From: Thermodesulfovibrionia bacterium
Lineage (GTDB): Bacteria > Nitrospirota > Thermodesulfovibrionia > UBA6902
Reading direction: 5' to 3'
NCBI GenBank assembly: GCA_947259645.1
Contig: CAMYND010000012.1
Span: forward strand, 20,793-84,792
DNA: 64,000 nt
Shown here piece by piece: positions 59,101-64,000 of this stretch (within the stretch, counting starts at the first letter, position 1; each line of letters starts with the position of its first letter). The notes under the pieces are model-generated. The model did no database searches and was not told where the DNA came from. It saw only the letters and a program-made list of their open reading frames with translations. A program made the position numbers and the translations under genes.

Positions 59101-60513
59101 TCCCCTGCGGTACCGGCAAAGTTCAAGACAACAGCGTCATTGCCATAGTCTTCAGGACTGGCTGAGGGTAACAATTACCGTTTCAGTTCCCTCAAATAGA
59201 GCATCATCCAACACCGGTACATCGATGGTAGCACTCAGGGTATTGGCAGGAATGGTCACTGTGCCGGAGAGCGTTGTATAGTCATTACCTGCTCCAGGAG
59301 TGGCTGTACCAGAGATTCCGTAGCTGACCACTGTTGCAGTTGGGCTCGTCTTGGAAAGAGAAACTGTAAATTGACCATCAGTAGAGGGCTCAGCACCATG
59401 AGTAGTGGCAGCAACACTGACAGTTGCGGTTTCATCATCGCTGATCGTATAGGTATTGGTGCTTTGGGCAACAGAATTGTTGTTGGAATCCCCAATGCTG
59501 AACCCACTGCTCGGGTTGGCTAATGTAAACTCAATAGTTTCATTAAGTTCCAATAGGGCATCATCATCGATGCTGAGATTAATCGGGATGGCGTCTGCTG
59601 ATGTCCCGTTGTATGTACCTGCCGGAACAGTGACACTTACTGTATGAGTATAATCAGTACCACTGCCGGTAGCATTGCCGCCCGTAACGGTAACGTCAAT
59701 GGTTTGACTGGTTGATAGAGTCCCATATACGATTAGTTCGGGTATATCACCACCACTCGCCTCTGCATCGCCATTCGTGGCCGCTGCAAACTCCACCGAT
59801 ACATTTGGGGTATAGCTGAAATCATGTAAATTTATCCATTGAAGGCCGATAGTTGCGTTGGGTGCATCATTTCGGTACAAAATGGTAACCAGGGTTATAT
59901 TTGACTGATTGAATGTAAAAATAGCGTTCCCGTTAGCGGACGTAGATGCTGAAGTATTCGTTCCTCTTATTGTGTTTAAGCCGACCTGGGTATTCGCACT
60001 TGCTGTGGTGATGGAGGATGGATTAATAGTACTTCCGTTAAATGCGGTAACAGTAAGTTGATCTATATATTGAGAACCATCGCTGTCCACATCAAAAAAT
60101 GTAAAGGTGATGCCGGAAGATCCTACGGGATAGTCTGAAAAATCCAACGTAATCGTATATTCAGGATCTGAAGCGTCAGGATAAGTCGATCTCAGAAAGA
60201 GGCCGTTTTCTGCAGGCATAAGTCCGCCAGTATTTGTCTGATTAATACTGGGACTGTCATCTGTTGCGCCGCCATTACCAAGCCATGCTGTGTTTCCGGT
60301 CCAGGTGACTACAACGTTCCGTGGGCCGCCGGTAGCTGTGCCATCTACTGAAAAGGTTTCGCTCAGATTGCTCCTTCCAGCGGGGACCCATGTTTCTACA
60401 TCCCAGTCAAGAAGGGCTGCTTCAGCATTAACTGACAGGAATATAACGACAATTAAATAACTGAAAAATGAACGTGATAAGACAAATTTTCGAAATCTAA
60501 TGGACATATTCAA
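50124..60513 (-). CDS. Giant exported surface protein (signal peptide, Calx-beta repeats, DUF11-like modules, SdrD-B-like, two OmpA-like domains, C-terminal beta-barrel), split at ~59160
   Basis: ORF 59152-60513 carries the signal peptide and ORF 50124-59174 continues in another frame; IGHTDN...LSRARA...RAQNRRVE OmpA motif; amphipathic beta-strand C-terminus ending in aromatic GQY. Confidence 0.8.
56240..57950 (-). repeat. Five tandem ~340-bp Calx-beta coding repeats
   Basis: Repeated ISIND...EG.SG.T.FTF.VTLSNPS..TVTVDYATNDGTAT.AD.DY...TLTFLPGETSK...GDTTVESNETFTVDL...NNDD. Confidence 0.9.
58726..59063. repeat. 95-bp direct repeat pair (58726-58820 and 58969-59063)
   Basis: Near-identical copies (2 mismatches seen) encoding LLEAASETYTVNLTASNTAVGDSDTGTGTITD, offset 243 bp. 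Confidence 0.9.
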
Positions 60514-60656
60514 ATCTTCAATTAGCCATTTCAGGAAATTGATAGTGTCAATCTTATTGATTCATATAACGTTAATACGCTTTAAGAACTTATTTATCAC
60601 ACCATAATCTCAGAGAACTATTGCGTGATCTATGACCCCGTTTCAGTACTTCTTTC

Positions 60657-60683
60657 TCATCGGATATTATGCGAGAAACTTGA
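60657..60683 (-). promoter_or_regulatory. sigma28 (FliA)-type promoter of the giant surface protein
   Basis: Minus strand TCAAGTTT-N11-TCCGATGA, ~145 nt upstream of the start. Confidence 0.65.
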
Positions 60684-60761
60684 ATAACATTAATAACTAA
60701 GGGATTATGAGTGTCACCCGGAAAAGGTTACTGATTCGCGCAGCAGTTGTTCCCATAAAAT

Positions 60762-60805
60762 TTGACAATGTGTCATCTGGCGACTATAATATGAGACAGA
60801 TGTCA
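60762..60805 (+). promoter_or_regulatory. Consensus sigma70 promoter with GACA/TGTC operator palindromes (TA autoregulation)
   Basis: TTGACA-N17-TATAAT; TGACA-ATG-TGTCA (60763-60775) and AGACA-GA-TGTCA (60794-60805). Confidence 0.75.
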
Positions 60806-60820
60806 TGGAGGTGATGCATA

Positions 60821-61321
60821 ATGACAACCGTAATCTCAGTGTTGGGCGGGGAAAAGGAACTTGGGCAGAAGGTTGCCCGGCGCATTGATTTCGATGCCCT
60901 TATCAAAAAAGGGATTCCCTGGGGGGTGGTGTCCTATATCAAGAAGGCCTTTAATCTCCCCGATGAAGTGATTGCCAATATTCTCGGCGTCAGTCCTCGT
61001 ACTATTGCCCGGAGACGAAAAACAGTAAGCGTTTCCGTAAAACCGGCAGGAGCTGCTGCAGGAAAGCAGCGCAGGAAAAAGGCTTCTCTGCATGGATCAG
61101 AAAGACTTTCCCCTGTTGAAAGTGACAGGATCTACCGGTTTGCAAGGATAATTGCTCTTGCCGGGGATGTTTTTGAGGACAGGGATGAGGCGCTTGAGTG
61201 GCTTAAAAGTTCACAATACGGTCTCGGGGGCCGCATTCCCTTTGATATGCTTCAGACTGATGCCGGGGCGCGGGAAGTTGAGGAGCTGCTGGTCCGTATT
61301 GACTATGGTATTGTTTCTTGA
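60821..61321 (+). CDS. Xre/MbcA/ParS-type antitoxin
   Basis: LIKKGIP, HTH LGVSPRTIARR, LSPVESDRIYR.ARI, A.EWL......LGG..P..ML.T..G..EVEELL.RI..G. Confidence 0.88.
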   Translation: MTTVISVLGGEKELGQKVARRIDFDALIKKGIPWGVVSYIKKAFNLPDEVIANILGVSPRTIARRRKTVSVSVKPAGAAAGKQRRKKASLHGSERLSPVESDRIYRFARIIALAGDVFEDRDEALEWLKSSQYGLGGRIPFDMLQTDAGAREVEELLVRIDYGIVS

Positions 61322-61788
61322 AACGAGCATGGCGGCTCATTCGGAAAAAGCGAATATCAGATGCCTTTACCGGTGAAGGTGCCCGCCTTGGCGGAGGCCG
61401 CTGGAACCATGTGGGGATACCTGTTGTCTATGTCAGTGAAACCCTTTCATTAGCTGCCCTGGAGCTTTTTGTGCATTTTACAAGAAGAGATATACAGCTC
61501 AGCAAATCTCTTGTAGCGATCCCTGTAGATATCCCCCCTTCCCTTAAAACAATAGAAATATCAATAAAAACATTAGATTCAGGCTGGCGCGCGTCGCCTC
61601 CGCCAAACTCTACCAAAGATCTCGGCACAGGGTGGGTGCAGAAGAACTCCTCCGGCATATTGCGTGTACCTTCAGCCGTAATTCCTGAAGAACATAACCT
61701 TGTATTAAATCCTCTTCACGCAGATTTTAAAAAGCTAAAAATCGGCAAAGCACGTCCTTTTGCTCTTGATGAACGCATATGGAAATAG
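61318..61788 (+). CDS. RES-domain toxin (MbcT/ParT-like)
   Basis: WR, GEGA..GGRWN..G..VVY.SE.LSLAALE, LRVPSAVIP.E.N.VLNP.H. Confidence 0.9.
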   Translation: MKRAWRLIRKKRISDAFTGEGARLGGGRWNHVGIPVVYVSETLSLAALELFVHFTRRDIQLSKSLVAIPVDIPPSLKTIEISIKTLDSGWRASPPPNSTKDLGTGWVQKNSSGILRVPSAVIPEEHNLVLNPLHADFKKLKIGKARPFALDERIWK

Positions 61789-61953
61789 AAGTGAGTCCCA
61801 ATCGGTGAAGCAGAGGAGCACCTGAGTTGAAGTATACCGTTAATAAGGTAATTGCAGGGTTACGGAGGGAATCCAAGGGTTCGTTTATAAGCTCTTCCCG
61901 CTATGAAGAGCGCCATTATCCATGCAGTGATAAATAATGCACGGTTAATGCTG

Positions 61954-62079
61954 CTACTTGACTCTCTTGATACAGTCTGACATCACCAAACGCTGGAGCA
62001 TCTCTTTCTGTTTCTTGTGCCGTCTTTCTGTAAGGTAAATAGTGAGCCGTTGACAGAAATTTTTAAACTCAGTAAACAT
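61954..62079 (-). CDS. Candidate small protein (41 aa)
   Basis: MFTEFKNFCQRLTIYLTERRHKKQKEMLQRLVMSDCIKRVK*; SD AGGAGGT 13 nt upstream and a sigma28-type promoter before that. Confidence 0.35.
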   Translation of the reverse strand: MFTEFKNFCQRLTIYLTERRHKKQKEMLQRLVMSDCIKRVK

Positions 62080-62106
62080 TGTATCAGAATCTACCTCCTG
62101 ATATAT

Positions 62107-62133
62107 CTATCGGATATTATCCGCAAACCTTTA
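62107..62133 (-). promoter_or_regulatory. sigma28-type promoter
   Basis: Minus strand TAAAGGTT-N11-TCCGATAG. Confidence 0.6.
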
Positions 62134-62293
62134 AATTACACTGTGATCTGAATCCCATAGCGTTATGTCTCAGGCCCTGATACTGTATCAATCATCCTAA
62201 ATGATTTATAATTGTCCTACACCGGACAGGGATATATTGTATGTTGAATGAACAAGAGCTCTATTCTATGAATGATAAGGTGCGGGGTTTCAA

Positions 62294-62980
62294 ATGTCTT
62301 CATATATTCTGAAACTAGAAAATGTTTCGTTTGCCTACAAGGCGGAAAACCCGGTATTTACGAATATAAATGCCGAAATATCAGAGAACGAGCTGATTGT
62401 CATTCAAGGGGAGTCCGGCCTTGGGAAAAGCACGTTTCTGAAGCTTTTTAACCGCTTCTGTGAACTCGATGAGGGCCGAATATTACTCAATGACCGTGAA
62501 TTAAAAGAGTATCAGATAGATAGACTTCGCGGTCAAATAATTTATCTCCCCCAGCTGCCCTTTATGATAGATGGGACAATAGAAGAAAACCTCTCATTTG
62601 CGTTTGATTTTCAGGCACATAAAGAGAAGACGTACAACAGCCCGAAAGCCGAAGAGTGGATGTCTTACTTTCAACTGAACACAAAACTGAATGAGAACGC
62701 TCTCAAGCTCTCAACAGGGCAAAAACAGAGAATTGCCCTCATCAGGGCCCTGCTCCTGGAACCGGGTGTTCTTCTTCTTGATGAACCCTGCTCATCTCTT
62801 GACAGGAAAAACAGGGAACTTATTGAAAAGAAAATTGAGTCTCTTACCTCTGAGTCAAAAGTCACCGTACTTATGGCCACTCACAGTGAAGTGACCTTCG
62901 GCCATTCAAACTACAGAAAATTTACGATAAAAGGGAAAAAACTTCAGGGAGAAGAACCACAAGAGGCTGGTATGGCATGA
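62294..62980 (+). CDS. ABC transporter ATP-binding protein (FetA/YbbL-like)
   Basis: GESGLGKST, LSTGQKQRIAL, LLLDEP, H-loop. Confidence 0.88.
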   Translation: MSSYILKLENVSFAYKAENPVFTNINAEISENELIVIQGESGLGKSTFLKLFNRFCELDEGRILLNDRELKEYQIDRLRGQIIYLPQLPFMIDGTIEENLSFAFDFQAHKEKTYNSPKAEEWMSYFQLNTKLNENALKLSTGQKQRIALIRALLLEPGVLLLDEPCSSLDRKNRELIEKKIESLTSESKVTVLMATHSEVTFGHSNYRKFTIKGKKLQGEEPQEAGMA

Positions 62981-63756
62981 GCGAACAGATAATAAATATA
63001 ACCTGGTTTAATGTAGTACTAACATCACTACTTGTATTGGGTGCCGGAATTTGTTCCGTATATTTAAAGCTACACCTTGAAAAAGAGCTTGTTGTAGGGA
63101 CAATCAGAACATTCATTCAGCTCTTTTTGCTGGGTTATGTTTTGAACATCATTTTTTCTCTCAACAACCCCCTTGTTATTCTCCTGATGTTTTCATTCAT
63201 GATACTATTCGCAGCGCGCATAATTACCGGACGGGTGAAAGAGAGGCGTATCCCCTATTTCCTGCCTGTGCTGGGGTCCATGTTTTTGAGCTATATGATC
63301 ATTAATTTTTTTGTCATGTCTGTAATCGTTCAGGTCAAGCCATGGTACAAACCGATATATTTTATCCCGATCGGAGGAATGATTATAGGAAATTCAATGA
63401 ATGCGCTGTCAATTTCCATGAACAGCTGGTTTGAGGGGCTGAAAAAGGAACGTGACCGCGTAGAACTGTACCTCTCCCTTGGCGCTAATCCTGTTGAAAG
63501 CTCAAGATCCAATTTTACAGATGCTGTGAAGTCTGGCATGATACCTTCGATTAACGCCCTTATGTCTGTTGGTATTGTTTCAATTCCGGGGATGATGACA
63601 GGCCAGATTCTGGCGGGCGTTGACCCTTTAATCGCGATTAAGTATCAGATTGTAATTATGCTGCTTCTTGTGGGCTCAACAGCTATCTCGACGGTTTTTG
63701 CCCTGCATATCGTGAGAAAAATGTCTTTTACGCCAAATGAACAGTTAAACCTGTGA
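62977..63756 (+). CDS. UPF0014 ABC permease (FetB/YbbM-like)
   Basis: RTFIQL, IPIGGMIIGNSM, LSLGA, GIVSIPGMMTGQILAG..P..A.KYQI. Confidence 0.9.
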   Translation: MSEQIINITWFNVVLTSLLVLGAGICSVYLKLHLEKELVVGTIRTFIQLFLLGYVLNIIFSLNNPLVILLMFSFMILFAARIITGRVKERRIPYFLPVLGSMFLSYMIINFFVMSVIVQVKPWYKPIYFIPIGGMIIGNSMNALSISMNSWFEGLKKERDRVELYLSLGANPVESSRSNFTDAVKSGMIPSINALMSVGIVSIPGMMTGQILAGVDPLIAIKYQIVIMLLLVGSTAISTVFALHIVRKMSFTPNEQLNL

Positions 63757-63802
63757 CGGTCTTATTCGGAATCAGACAGTGGCTGCGCGATATTTGATCT
63801 GA

Positions 63803-64000
63803 TCAGGAGAGGGTATCATCGAAAAATGTTGTGGAATGATGATCGATGGGGGATATACCAATATTCAGCGAGAGTTTGCTATTTTTTCCGTTTTCTCCAT
63901 TGTACGTATCAATGCTGGAATGAAGTCGCTCTAGACAAACTGTTATATTTGTCTCTTTATCAGGTGAAACTGCAGGACAGACAGCAAATGACTGTTCACC
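63803..64000 (-). CDS. 3' end of a possible degenerate GGDEF-like protein (partial)
   Basis: Open frame GEQSFAV...LERLHSSIDTYN...KLSLNIGIS...* resembles a GGDEF C-terminal half. Confidence 0.3.
   Translation of the reverse strand, partial: GEQSFAVCPAVSPDKETNITVCLERLHSSIDTYNGENGKNSKLSLNIGISPIDHHSTTFFDDTLS

Noticed and set aside
59150-59180. Programmed ribosomal frameshift in the giant gene
   Set aside because: No slippery heptamer or homopolymer; the junction fuses two non-contiguous repeat parts, which fits a deletion

Overview
Bacterial chromosomal window from an anaerobic, sulfur-cycling diderm. The gene content resembles Nitrospirota/Thermodesulfovibrionia or Desulfobacterota; this lineage call is an inference. 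In order: (1) an RND efflux-DUF502-TerC operon; (2) a redox cluster with three ferritin/rubrerythrin-like proteins, a DsrC/TusE-fold protein lacking the C-terminal cysteines, a monoheme cytochrome c, CBM48, DUF255/YyaL, 2-oxoacid:ferredoxin oxidoreductase alpha/beta and a Lys-rich/Cys-repeat protein; (3) metF, mltA, a TPR lipoprotein, an HD-GYP protein, fprA, acyP and bioB-bioW; (4) a cytoplasmic SoeABC-type molybdoenzyme next to a CxxC-containing histidine kinase and a receiver domain inserted into a degenerate, protease-less Lon AAA+ module; (5) tRNA-Val-thrS-infC-rpmI-rplT-pheST with apparent non-AUG starts (thrS ATT, infC ATA) and heptamer inverted-repeat elements in the spacers; (6) a probable CC-adding enzyme and miaB-mtaB; (7) a ~14.5 kb accessory region with gene remnants, three toxin-antitoxin modules and a ~10.4 kb surface-protein gene (Calx-beta/DUF11-like/OmpA-like/beta-barrel) behind a sigma28-type promoter, broken by repeat-deletion scars; (8) a FetAB-like ABC transporter. 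No CRISPR array, rRNA, integrase or transposase was recognised. All family assignments come from motif reading, not database searches.
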